The notes beneath the pieces were generated by a model. That model had not been told where the DNA came from, searched no databases, and was given only the letters and a program-made list of their open reading frames with translations. Source: Alphaproteobacteria bacterium (lineage in GTDB: Bacteria > Pseudomonadota > Alphaproteobacteria > Rs-D84). Taken from it: DNA of 64,000 nucleotides. Shown here one piece after another: positions 29,376 to 38,112 of the stretch. The stretch is from assembly GCA_009784815.1 (NCBI GenBank), contig WQXN01000002.1, forward strand, positions 94,667 through 158,666, read 5' to 3'. Numbering within the stretch: position 1 is the first letter of the stretch; each line of letters opens with the position of its first letter. The translations under genes and the position numbers were made by a program.

Positions 29376-29451
29376 GCCGGGTTAGCTCAGCTGGTAGAGC
29401 AACTGATTTGTAATCAGTAGGTCGCAGGTTCAAGTCCTGTTCCCGGCACCA
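29376..29451 (+). tRNA. tRNA-Thr (anticodon UGU)
   Basis: Acceptor GCCGGGT, anticodon stem ACTGA/TCAGT, loop TTTGTAA, short variable arm, encoded CCA. Confidence 0.9.
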
Positions 29452-29461
29452 TTTTTCAATA

Positions 29462-29491
29462 TAAAAAACGCGCGACGCAGCATCGCGCGTT
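29462..29491 (-). terminator. rho-independent terminator (minus strand)
   Basis: ACGCGCGA-CGCAGCA-TCGCGCGT with a T6 run on the minus strand, just downstream of gene 29511..29825. Confidence 0.6.
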
Positions 29492-29510
29492 TACAATTGG
29501 GCAAAGCCAA

Positions 29511-29825
29511 TTACATGCCGATCTTTTTCTGCAGGCTGCACATTTCCCACCATATCGCCAAAGCCGGAACAAGGAACAGTACGGCGCCCAAAATCTTCCA
29601 TATTCCGAATATGTCCATCATAAATACGTTTACTTCGGACGCGCTCATGTTCATAAAATGCTCGGCCATGCGTTTGTACATCGGCATCAGCGAAATCAGC
29701 CACGCGACAAGAATCGCGACATAGTTTATTACGAAAGCGCGAAACAGAATATTGCGATGCCCGCGCAGCTTGTTAATTTTAAAAGCGATGTAGTCGCACT
29801 CGCTCATCATATTGTTGTATTTCAT
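29511..29825 (-). CDS. small membrane protein, paralog A
   Basis: 104 aa with two TM segments. Shares RN(I/V)xFRAFVINYxAIxVxWLxSLMP and VLFLxPALAxWWEM with ORF 30919..31242. Confidence 0.65.
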   Translation of the reverse strand: MKYNNMMSECDYIAFKINKLRGHRNILFRAFVINYVAILVAWLISLMPMYKRMAEHFMNMSASEVNVFMMDIFGIWKILGAVLFLVPALAIWWEMCSLQKKIGM

Positions 29826-29853
29826 TATTTGTCCTTTTGGTTTTTAAATCTTT

Positions 29854-29885
29854 AAAAAACGCGGACTTAACGCCCGCGTTTTTTG
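29854..29885 (-). terminator. rho-independent terminator (works on both strands)
   Basis: AAAAAA-CGCGG-ACTTAACGC-CCGCG-TTTTTT directly after the OMP stop at 29901. Confidence 0.65.
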
Positions 29886-29900
29886 ATCGCAGTCGTCTTA

Positions 29901-30770
29901 TTAGAACTGAACTCCGACCTTGGCTCCGAACTGCCAGAAGTCGTTCGGCAATGGCGCTCCGCCGATGCCGCCGCTGTGCGACGTGCGCAGGTGATAAGCT
30001 ACGTACGGCTGTATCGCGGCTCCCGGCGCAAGGTCGTATATCAGACCAAGCGTGGTGTTCATATCATAGAACGTAAGCTCTCCGCTGTTCCTATCCAAGT
30101 TGTAAACGTTGAAGTTGAATTCTCCCCTTAATCCGACTTTCTTAACGATCTCAAACTCGGCTTCGACTCGGGACAACAAGTTCCACATTCTGTCGCTGTC
30201 CGATATTACGCCTGCGGGTCTGAATCCCAGTTGCGCCAATGACTGCGCTCCCCACTGGAACATTCCCTCGTCTCCGTATATGCGAAGTCCGGCCTGAAGA
30301 TTGTTCATTCCGATTCGATCGTTGGTTACTGCGTCGCGCGTCCAAGCTGCTCCGTACTTACCGATCAAGTCGACTGCGAATGATTTTGCGGGGCGAACGA
30401 TCTGCCAGTTAAGCCCGATCTCGGGATTGGCGAACTTTCCGTTATAAAAGTTTCCGACGTATGGATTAAATGTGTTGCTGTAAACATCCAAAGACACGAA
30501 CAGCTCGTCCATGATTCCGTACACGGCGCGAAAGTCTCCGACCTGAAATTCTCCGGTCGAAAATTTGGTCTGGCTCGAGAAGTCGTCGTTGCTTCCGGTC
30601 TGAAAGTTGAATCCGGCCTGCACGCCCCAGTCTCCTTGCGCCGGGCGGTACGTTGGGTTGAAGACGCTTTGGCTGACGTTGTACTTGTCGACGCTGGGTG
30701 CCGCTGCGGCGGATCCGGCGCTGATCGCCGCTACGGCGGCAAGTGCTGATATGATTATTTTTTTGCTCAT
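29901..30770 (-). CDS. outer-membrane beta-barrel protein
   Basis: Signal peptide MSKKIIISALAAVAAISAGSAAA. C-terminal ...GAKVGVQF. RBS AAGGAGGG. Confidence 0.8.
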   Translation of the reverse strand: MSKKIIISALAAVAAISAGSAAAAPSVDKYNVSQSVFNPTYRPAQGDWGVQAGFNFQTGSNDDFSSQTKFSTGEFQVGDFRAVYGIMDELFVSLDVYSNTFNPYVGNFYNGKFANPEIGLNWQIVRPAKSFAVDLIGKYGAAWTRDAVTNDRIGMNNLQAGLRIYGDEGMFQWGAQSLAQLGFRPAGVISDSDRMWNLLSRVEAEFEIVKKVGLRGEFNFNVYNLDRNSGELTFYDMNTTLGLIYDLAPGAAIQPYVAYHLRTSHSGGIGGAPLPNDFWQFGAKVGVQF

Positions 30771-30918
30771 ATTTTTCCCTCCTTTTTGGGTTGCTTTATC
30801 CTTACAAAAAAAATCTCCAAACGCACCAGGAAGATGTTCTCAGGAAGCCGTTCTTATTATAATCGCGTTTTTCCTGTGATAAAATACGTCATCACAATTC
30901 AAACCAAAAGGATACGAA

Positions 30919-31242
30919 ATGAAGGATATGATGATAAGTAAAGAGCATCAGGAATATTGGCACCATCACAAAATGGACAAGCTGTGCTCGAAACGCAACG
31001 TTGCGTTTCGCGCGTTCGTGATCAACTACGCGGCGATAGTCGTTGTGTGGTTGTTTTCGCTGATGCCGTGGTACAACAATCTGGTGCAGCGCTTTATGCA
31101 CATGGACGCCAAAGAGGCGCACTTTTTCATACTGGATATCCTAAGCATCTGGCAGGTGCTGAACGTGGTTCTGTTTCTTGCGCCGGCCCTCGCGCTATGG
31201 TGGGAGATGCACGCTCTTCGTAAAAAACGTGAAATGAAATAA
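30919..31242 (+). CDS. small membrane protein, paralog B
   Basis: 107 aa, paralog of 29511..29825. The upstream AAACCAAAAGGA leader is shared by both copies. Confidence 0.65.
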   Translation: MKDMMISKEHQEYWHHHKMDKLCSKRNVAFRAFVINYAAIVVVWLFSLMPWYNNLVQRFMHMDAKEAHFFILDILSIWQVLNVVLFLAPALALWWEMHALRKKREMK

Positions 31243-31246
31243 CGGC

Positions 31247-32179
31247 TTACATTTTCTCAAGTCGCGCGACCCGCGACTTGATGGAAGGGTGGGTAGAGTA
31301 TAGTCCGGCAAGCTTCGCGAAAGGCTCGGCTATGAACATAGCGTTCATCGACGACTTGCCCTCGACGGCCGCAACCTTTGGATTCTTGGAAATTTTTTCA
31401 AGCGCCGAAGCCAGGGCTTTCGGATCGCGCGTCATCAACGCTCCGGTGGCGTCGGCGGAATATTCCCGCGTGCGCGAAATGGCTTTTCGCAGCAGTGGCG
31501 CGATAAGAAAATTGAAAACCATAAGCCCGGCCCACGCGGCCATGATGACCAGCATGACGCGCCCGTCGTTCCGGTTGCCTCCGCCGCGTCCGCGAAAGAA
31601 CATCGACCTAGCCAAAATATTTGCGGCGAAAATCGTCGCGCCGATTCCGGTGATCAACAACATATCCAATCGTATGTCGCGGTTCTGCACGTGCGCAAGT
31701 TCATGAGCTATGACTCCGCGCAATTCGCGCGCGTCCAACCGCTCGACTATGCCGCGGGTAAAGGCGACTGATGCGTCGCCCGGGGACCGTCCGGTGGCGA
31801 ATGCGTTCGCGCCGGCTTCTTCGATTATGTAAACGCGCGGAGTCGGCAACCCGGCGGCCAAAGCGACGTTTTCAACTTCCTTATACAAGTACTTGTAATC
31901 GGGATCCCGGTTGGACAATTCTTTCGCGTTGGCTGCGCTTAATATCATGCTGTCTCCGAACATCCACGAGATTAGCATCCATACAAGACACGCGACTGCG
32001 GTGGGAATGGAAACCATGATGGCGTGTTCGGTGGCGAACTGCAAAGGATCCGCTCCGTCCACGAAAAACGCGGCGATAAGAAACGCTGCCCACATTACCG
32101 CGATGAACATAATAGGAAATAATGCGACCAAAATCGCAGTCTTTATATTGTTCCGCCTAATATGCTGATATACCGTCAT
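31247..32179 (-). CDS. htpX: M48 family protease HtpX
   Basis: HELAHV zinc motif with N-terminal TM segments. Confidence 0.9.
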   Translation of the reverse strand: MTVYQHIRRNNIKTAILVALFPIMFIAVMWAAFLIAAFFVDGADPLQFATEHAIMVSIPTAVACLVWMLISWMFGDSMILSAANAKELSNRDPDYKYLYKEVENVALAAGLPTPRVYIIEEAGANAFATGRSPGDASVAFTRGIVERLDARELRGVIAHELAHVQNRDIRLDMLLITGIGATIFAANILARSMFFRGRGGGNRNDGRVMLVIMAAWAGLMVFNFLIAPLLRKAISRTREYSADATGALMTRDPKALASALEKISKNPKVAAVEGKSSMNAMFIAEPFAKLAGLYSTHPSIKSRVARLEKM

Positions 32180-32191
32180 ATAATTTCCTTG

Positions 32192-32743
32192 TTAAAATTT
32201 AACCTTAATATTTTTTCTCTTCTCCGGCTCCAACTCGAAGAACTTTTCGGCCTTGAATCCGAACAGTCCGGCCATGATATTGCTTGGGAACATGGCGACC
32301 TTATCATTAAGATCCATGACGCACTGGTTATAGAATTGCCGCGCGGCCTGAATCTTGCTCTCTGTGTCGGCAAGCTCTCTCTGAAGTTCAAGGAAATTCG
32401 AATCGGCCTTAAGCGTCGGATAGTTTTCCGCAACGGCGAAAATGTGCTTCAACGATTCGGACAGCGCGTTTTCCGATTTTTGCTTTCCGCTTACGCCGCT
32501 GGACTTCATCGCGGCGGTTCGTGCGGCGGTAAGTTCGGTCAGCGTTGACTTTTCGTGCTTGGCGTAACCTTTGACTGTCTCGACCAAATTGGGAATAAGA
32601 TCATACCGGCGCTTCAGCTGAGTATCCACAGTGCCCCAAGCTTCTTTGGTCTGATTGCGTCGCGCGACCAAACCGTTGTACATTGCGATTATCCACACGA
32701 TCAAAACTACGCCTGCTATTATAAATAAAGTATTAATATTCAT
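32192..32743 (-). CDS. lemA: LemA family protein
   Basis: N-terminal TM segment followed by YNGLVARRNQTKEAW. AAAGGAG RBS before ATG 32743. Confidence 0.9.
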   Translation of the reverse strand: MNINTLFIIAGVVLIVWIIAMYNGLVARRNQTKEAWGTVDTQLKRRYDLIPNLVETVKGYAKHEKSTLTELTAARTAAMKSSGVSGKQKSENALSESLKHIFAVAENYPTLKADSNFLELQRELADTESKIQAARQFYNQCVMDLNDKVAMFPSNIMAGLFGFKAEKFFELEPEKRKNIKVKF

Positions 32744-32848
32744 GCCGTTCTCCTTTGGTTCATTATCATGGTAAAGCAAAATCCAAAAAATTCAAGTTGT
32801 AAATCCTCCTAAAATATGATAAAATATACATTAAACAGGAGGAAATCC

Positions 32849-33727
32849 ATGATCAAAAAAATTCTTTACACAGCGGCGCTTCCGTTGTTTTTGGCGGCCT
32901 GCGCGGGAAACCAGGGCGGCGGTCTTCAGGAAGAAAGGCTCTCGGGCGAATACGGCGCTCCGGTCCGTATGTCTCGCGCCAATGATGCGGCGACTCAGGT
33001 CGACGCGGTGCCGGCGTACCTGCTTGAACGCGCCCCAAGATTCTTCATCGGAACGGAATACAGAATAGACGGTGTTTCGTATCTGCCGATGGAAGATATG
33101 AATTATAATGAAACGGGCATAGCGGGCATTATACCGGTCGAACTGAATGGAACTACGACCACAAACGGCGAAATATTCGACAACGACAAACTGTTCGCGA
33201 CGCATAAAACCCTTCCGCTTCCGACCATAGTTAGGATAACGAACCTGGATAACGGGGCTACGGTGCTTGCTCGCGTTAACAACCGCGGTCCGTTCGTGAA
33301 CAGCAGAACGATGGACGTGTCGCAAGCCGTAGCCGCAAGACTTGGCATGACTGGCCCGACTAACGTCCAGATTACGGTCCAAAGACAAGAATCCGAATTG
33401 GTTCGCGACCTCACGCTGGGAGTCGACGGAGTAGTGGACAACGGCTCGCCGGGCGACACTGAAGGCGCCGAAGGCACGGCTGCCGCAAGCGGTCCCTATT
33501 CGGTCCAGGTTGGCGCGTTCTTCTCTCGCGATAGCGCGAATGCGGTGGCAAACAGGATCAAGCATGCGGGTAACGTCCAAGTTATCGAAGAAGGCGGAAT
33601 GCACAAAGTCCGCGTAGTCGGATTGGATGCCGCCGGCGCGCGTCGCGCAATGCAGGCCGTCCGTTCGGAAAATTCCGCACCGGGCCTACTTGAAAACGGC
33701 CGTTGGATCAACCCTGACAGCATATAA
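32849..33727 (+). CDS. rlpA: septal ring lytic transglycosylase RlpA with a SPOR domain
   Basis: Lipobox LFLAAC, DPBB block ATHKTLPLPTIVRITNLDNG..VNNRGPF, C-terminal SPOR domain (YSVQVGAFFSRDSA). RBS AGGAGG. Confidence 0.85.
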   Translation: MIKKILYTAALPLFLAACAGNQGGGLQEERLSGEYGAPVRMSRANDAATQVDAVPAYLLERAPRFFIGTEYRIDGVSYLPMEDMNYNETGIAGIIPVELNGTTTTNGEIFDNDKLFATHKTLPLPTIVRITNLDNGATVLARVNNRGPFVNSRTMDVSQAVAARLGMTGPTNVQITVQRQESELVRDLTLGVDGVVDNGSPGDTEGAEGTAAASGPYSVQVGAFFSRDSANAVANRIKHAGNVQVIEEGGMHKVRVVGLDAAGARRAMQAVRSENSAPGLLENGRWINPDSI

Positions 33728-33747
33728 AAAATAAATAAAAACTTACT

Positions 33748-33778
33748 ACCCCGGACTTGTCCGGGGTTTTCTTTTTTA
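33748..33778 (+). terminator. rho-independent terminator
   Basis: ACCCCGG-ACTTGT-CCGGGGT followed by TTTTCTTTTTT. Confidence 0.75.
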
Positions 33779-33845
33779 ATTTTGCTTATCCCTTTTGCCT
33801 TCTTCCTTTTTTTATGATATAATAGTCCAAATGTAAGAGGGAAAT

Positions 33846-35270
33846 ATGAGAAAAATACTATACGGCCTGATCGCCGCAATCGCCGGAATCTCAGCGTCCG
33901 ACGCGAACACATACTTTAATCAGAATGCGTGGGGGCAGGGCAACTTCGCATCCCAGCACGCAAGCGGAAATCAAAACCGCGCTTCTCAGCAATTTGTTCC
34001 AGGTGGCTGGAACAATCAGCAACAACGTCCGGCCCAGCAAAACCCATGGGCCCAGCCTCAACAACAGCAACAGCGATTCGGTCAGCAGCAACCGGCTCAA
34101 CTTCAGCAGCAAACGGAAAACGTGACGCTTGACCTGCACATCGGATATGAAGGCGCGGCGTTCGGCTTCAACATGAGGCAGGCGCACTCGGAATTAAACT
34201 TTAACGATATTACATGGATGAAGTTCGGCGCAACCGGAACCTATGCGTTCAACGTCTCGGGAACGAATCTTGAATTCAAAGCCGGAGTGGAATTAGGAGT
34301 CCAAAACGACGGCGGCAAAATGACCGACGACGATATGTACAAGGGCGGCATCTACATCGGTCACGCGGTGTTTCTAAACAACGGCAACGTGTTTCAGCTT
34401 CCTAACGGAGACTTTGCCGAATTCCCAATGACCGAGCTTATGTTCGGAGTAGGCGATCAAGGCAACGGCAGCTCGATGGGCTTCTTCGCGTCTATAGGTC
34501 TTGGCGACGGCTTCAGGCTTGGCAACAGCATTTCGCTCAAGCCGTCCGTTGGTTATAGGTTCGAGCGTCAGCGCTTCGTAGGTCGCGATATGCTTGCGAC
34601 TTCGGTCCAAGCTCTTGTAGCCGCGACGCAAACGGACTGGGACAATCTTCTTTATGTTGCGGAACAATGCGCCGGCAATCCTGGCTGCACCATAGCCATC
34701 CCCTATTTGGACGAAAACAACGACCTTCAGTTTTATTTTGCGGGATACGTCCACGGCCTAAGGGGAATCTACAATACTAACGGTGATCTTGTGGACGTGG
34801 TGCCGGATCTTCTGACTCTGTCCGACGCCCACGAGCTGAACGGCATAACGCACGATTACCGGGTCTCATGGTTCGGTCCCTTCATCGCGGCGGATCTGAA
34901 TTTTGAACACGGCAGATCATCGTTTAATCTGCGCGGAGAAATCGGATTCCCGGGTTATAGCGCCGAAGCCGACCAGCCGTTCAGAACCGATCTCGCGCAT
35001 CCTGTAAGCTTCCGCGACCGCGCGTCGATGTTTTCGGGAATGCACTATGGCTTGAATATGAAGTACTCTCACGGCGTCACGGATAATATGTCTTTGAACA
35101 TAGGCTGGAACTGGAATTATTACACGATTCGCGGAGCAGACGCGACCACATACTACGATCCGGGTTCCTATGCTTACCAGTTGTTCGGCCCAAGCCAAAC
35201 CCTAAAGAACGAGATTAACGCGCGTTACAAAACATCGGGTGTCCGCGGCGGCCTAAGCGTGAAATTCTAA
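33846..35270 (+). CDS. outer-membrane beta-barrel protein with a Gln-rich N-terminal region
   Basis: Signal peptide, then about 70 aa of Q/N/P-rich sequence (QQRPAQQNPWAQPQQQQQRFGQQQPAQLQQQ). C-terminal ...GGLSVKF. Confidence 0.75.
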   Translation: MRKILYGLIAAIAGISASDANTYFNQNAWGQGNFASQHASGNQNRASQQFVPGGWNNQQQRPAQQNPWAQPQQQQQRFGQQQPAQLQQQTENVTLDLHIGYEGAAFGFNMRQAHSELNFNDITWMKFGATGTYAFNVSGTNLEFKAGVELGVQNDGGKMTDDDMYKGGIYIGHAVFLNNGNVFQLPNGDFAEFPMTELMFGVGDQGNGSSMGFFASIGLGDGFRLGNSISLKPSVGYRFERQRFVGRDMLATSVQALVAATQTDWDNLLYVAEQCAGNPGCTIAIPYLDENNDLQFYFAGYVHGLRGIYNTNGDLVDVVPDLLTLSDAHELNGITHDYRVSWFGPFIAADLNFEHGRSSFNLRGEIGFPGYSAEADQPFRTDLAHPVSFRDRASMFSGMHYGLNMKYSHGVTDNMSLNIGWNWNYYTIRGADATTYYDPGSYAYQLFGPSQTLKNEINARYKTSGVRGGLSVKF

Positions 35271-35324
35271 AGGGTAAATTTTCCCCTTTACACCTGTCGG
35301 TTGCCCTGCTACCATTTTCAAGTT

Positions 35325-35996
35325 ATGTTCAACGTCAAACTGTATTTCATTGTGCTTTGCTTATTATTTGCGGCAACTCCGCTGCTTGCGTCCCAGGCAA
35401 GCCTATCGGCCTCTCGTACCGTCGACGTCACGGCTGAAAACGCCGTCGCCGCCAAAAACCGCGCTACAATCGAAGCCAGACGTTCCCTTTCCGCCGAAAT
35501 AATCCGCCGCCACGCGACCGAAAGCCCCGATACGGTGGACGCGGCGCTGGAAGGCTTCACGGACGCCGACGCCCAAGTCCTGGTCAAATCCACAAGCATC
35601 GAGAACGAGCGTTTCTCGGCGACATCCTACAACGCTACCATAACGATAAACCTGGATCGGCAGGCATTGGCAAGATGGTTTGCCCGCAACGGGCTGGAAT
35701 ACGCGTCCCTAAGCGACGATACGGCCGCCGGCTGGACGGCGGTGTACTTTAACTTGCCCGAAGGCCTTAACCAATGGAAATGGCTGAACGTCAAACTGCG
35801 CGAAGCGGGAGTTCAAAACCGCGCCGGAATGCAAATATTCAGAATCAGCGGCAATCAGATTTTTGGCAAAGTCCCGGATACGACGGCCCGCAACTTCGCC
35901 GCAAACCTAAGAAAAACCGGGGCGATAGTGTATAATATCGGCGGCGCTCTCCGCGTCTCCCTACCTCCCGAACTCACCCGCCCCGAGCAGCAATAA
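35325..35996 (+). CDS. hypothetical secreted protein
   Basis: Signal peptide MFNVKLYFIVLCLLFAATPLLASQA. The track start at 35301 is TTG. Confidence 0.6.
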   Translation: MFNVKLYFIVLCLLFAATPLLASQASLSASRTVDVTAENAVAAKNRATIEARRSLSAEIIRRHATESPDTVDAALEGFTDADAQVLVKSTSIENERFSATSYNATITINLDRQALARWFARNGLEYASLSDDTAAGWTAVYFNLPEGLNQWKWLNVKLREAGVQNRAGMQIFRISGNQIFGKVPDTTARNFAANLRKTGAIVYNIGGALRVSLPPELTRPEQQ

Positions 35997-36001
35997 AAAG
36001 C

Positions 36002-36030
36002 TTGCATTTTCAGCGGATCCCATATAGAAT
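36002..36030 (+). promoter_or_regulatory. putative sigma70 promoter of rpsB-tsf
   Basis: TTGCAT (36002..36007), N17, TAGAAT (36025..36030). A leader of about 100 nt precedes ATG 36141. Confidence 0.5.
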
Positions 36031-36140
36031 GCGCCCATAACGCAACAGGCGAGATCACAAGCTGCTTTAACGCCGCTATCCAGTGCCCGAAAGGGTGACC
36101 GATCCGCCGAAGTACAACTGGTAAAACAAAAGGATAAAAA

Positions 36141-37016
36141 ATGGCTTTACCAAAATTCTCTATGAAGCAGCTGCTAGAAGCTGGCGTCCATTTCGGACAT
36201 CATACCCGCAGGTTCGAACCCCTTATGACTCCGTACGTCTACGGCGTCAAGGACTCGATCCGCATAATAAACCTGAACAAAACCGCGCCGCTTCTTCACC
36301 GCGCGCTTGCCGAACTTGAAGCGGTCGCGGCCGCCGGCGGCAAAATAATGTTCATCGCGACTAAACACCAGGCCAAGGAAATAGTGAAAGAAGCCGCCGA
36401 ACGCTGCGGCCAGTTCTACGTTAACAACCGCTGGCTTGGCGGCATGATGACGAACTGGGGTACGATTTCGCAGTCGATCCGCCGCATGAAGAATATGGAA
36501 AAACAAATCGAAGACGGCGGCGTGGTCTTGGGCCTTACCAAAAAGGAAGTCTTGAACATGACCAAGGAAGTCGCGAAACTGCGCGACACGTTCGGCGGTA
36601 TCCTTGATATGCACGGCACTCCTCAAGCGGTTATAATAATAGACGTCCCTCAGGAATATAACGCGGTTAAAGAGGCTTCAGTCCTAGGAATCCCGACTAT
36701 CGCGGTCTGCGACACAAACGCTAATCCGTCGCTGATCGGCTTCCCGGTTCCCGGCAACGACGACAGTGCGCGCGCGATCAGACTTTACTGCGACCTGTTT
36801 GCGGACGCGATACTTTCCGGTATTGAAAAACGCCTGGGCAGCGCGGAAGTCAAAAAATCGAAAGGCGATGCGTCGGTCGCGGTCGAAACGGATAAAATAG
36901 AAGACAAAGCGATAGAAAAAGAGCTTAAAGAAAAATCCAAAACTTCCGAAGCCCGACAGGTGCGTCGTGAAAAGCTTGCGGAAAAGATCGCGGAAAAATC
37001 GGAACAGGGGGAATAA
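36141..37016 (+). CDS. rpsB: 30S ribosomal protein S2
   Basis: LLEAGVHFGHHTRR, with a Lys/Glu-rich C-terminal tail. Confidence 0.95.
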   Translation: MALPKFSMKQLLEAGVHFGHHTRRFEPLMTPYVYGVKDSIRIINLNKTAPLLHRALAELEAVAAAGGKIMFIATKHQAKEIVKEAAERCGQFYVNNRWLGGMMTNWGTISQSIRRMKNMEKQIEDGGVVLGLTKKEVLNMTKEVAKLRDTFGGILDMHGTPQAVIIIDVPQEYNAVKEASVLGIPTIAVCDTNANPSLIGFPVPGNDDSARAIRLYCDLFADAILSGIEKRLGSAEVKKSKGDASVAVETDKIEDKAIEKELKEKSKTSEARQVRREKLAEKIAEKSEQGE

Positions 37017-37018
37017 AA

Positions 37019-37888
37019 ATGGCGGAAATTACTTCAGCATTGGTTAAACAGCTTCGCGATAAAACTTTCGCGGGCATGATGGACTGCAAAAAAGCGTTGG
37101 AAGAAACGGGCGGCGACATGACCGCGGCTACGGACTGGCTTCGCGACAAAGGCATAATGAAAGCGGATAAGAAATCCGGCCGCGTTGCGGCCAGCGGCCT
37201 TATCTCGGTTACGGCCAGCGACGGCTTTGGACTTGTATTCGAAGTCAACTCCGAAACGGACTTCACGGCCAAGAACGATATGTTCGTCAAGCTGGTGAAA
37301 GATGCGACTGCGGCGGCTGTGGCCAACGGCGGCGATCTTGAAAAAACTCGCCAAGCGATGAGCGCTGAAATCACGAACCTGATAGCTACGACCGGCGAAA
37401 ACATGGGCATCCGCCGCATGGCGACCATGAAGGCGGACGTTGTTGCGACCTATGTGCATAATCCGGTTGCGGACGGCATGGGCCAGATTGGCGTGCTTGT
37501 GGGCCTAAGCGGCGGCGACAAGGAAAAGATGATGGAGATCGGAAAAAAGGTTGCGATGCACGTCGCGGCCAGCAAGCCGGACTTCGCCAAGGCCGCGGAC
37601 GTAACGAAAGACCTGATTGACAAGGAAAAGAAATTCTTCATAGACAGCGGCGCGACGGCGGGCAAACCCGAAAACATCGTGGAAAAAATGATAGAGGGCC
37701 GCATACAGAAATACTTCGCCGAAATCGTCTTGGAAGAACAGGAATTTGTCATGGAGCCGGGCAAAAAAGTCAAAGCCGTACTGACCGATCATGGCGCGGC
37801 GCTGGTCGGATTTGAATACTTTCTGCTTGGCGACGGAATAGAAAAGAAACAGGAAAACCTCGCGGACGAAGTCGCGAAAATGCTTTAA
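37019..37888 (+). CDS. tsf: elongation factor Ts
   Basis: ALVKQLRDKT.AGMMDCKKAL UBA-like N-terminus. Confidence 0.95.
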   Translation: MAEITSALVKQLRDKTFAGMMDCKKALEETGGDMTAATDWLRDKGIMKADKKSGRVAASGLISVTASDGFGLVFEVNSETDFTAKNDMFVKLVKDATAAAVANGGDLEKTRQAMSAEITNLIATTGENMGIRRMATMKADVVATYVHNPVADGMGQIGVLVGLSGGDKEKMMEIGKKVAMHVAASKPDFAKAADVTKDLIDKEKKFFIDSGATAGKPENIVEKMIEGRIQKYFAEIVLEEQEFVMEPGKKVKAVLTDHGAALVGFEYFLLGDGIEKKQENLADEVAKML

Positions 37889-37902
37889 TAAAAGGATACG
37901 AA

Positions 37903-38112
37903 ATGAAAAAAGGCATACACCCGCAATACAATGAAATAAAAGTGACCCTCGTCAGCGGCGAAGTGATCAAAGTATACTCTACCTCGAAAAAGGACATAGT
38001 TCTGGACACCGACCCGACGAATCATCCGGCCTGGACGGGTCAGCGCAAAGTGGCCGAACGCGGCCAGCGCGCCACCCAGTTTAAAAAGAAATTCGACGGA
38101 TTCAAATTGTAA
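37903..38112 (+). CDS. rpmE: 50S ribosomal protein L31
   Basis: MKKGIHPQY..., 69 aa. Confidence 0.9.
   Translation: MKKGIHPQYNEIKVTLVSGEVIKVYSTSKKDIVLDTDPTNHPAWTGQRKVAERGQRATQFKKKFDGFKL

Noticed and set aside
29376-29451. A reading of this tRNA as tRNA-Tyr (GTA), obtained with a shifted anticodon stem.
   Set aside because: The alternative register (stem ACTGA/TCAGT, loop TTTGTAA) respects standard numbering. The short variable arm is also incompatible with bacterial tRNA-Tyr. I therefore call it Thr-UGU.
30880-30905. TGTGATAAAATACGTCATCACA considered as a CRP/FNR-type site.
   Set aside because: The half-sites TGTGA and TCACA are separated by 12 nt rather than the 6 nt of the CRP consensus. 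It is more simply read as an extended -10 (TGTGATAAAAT).
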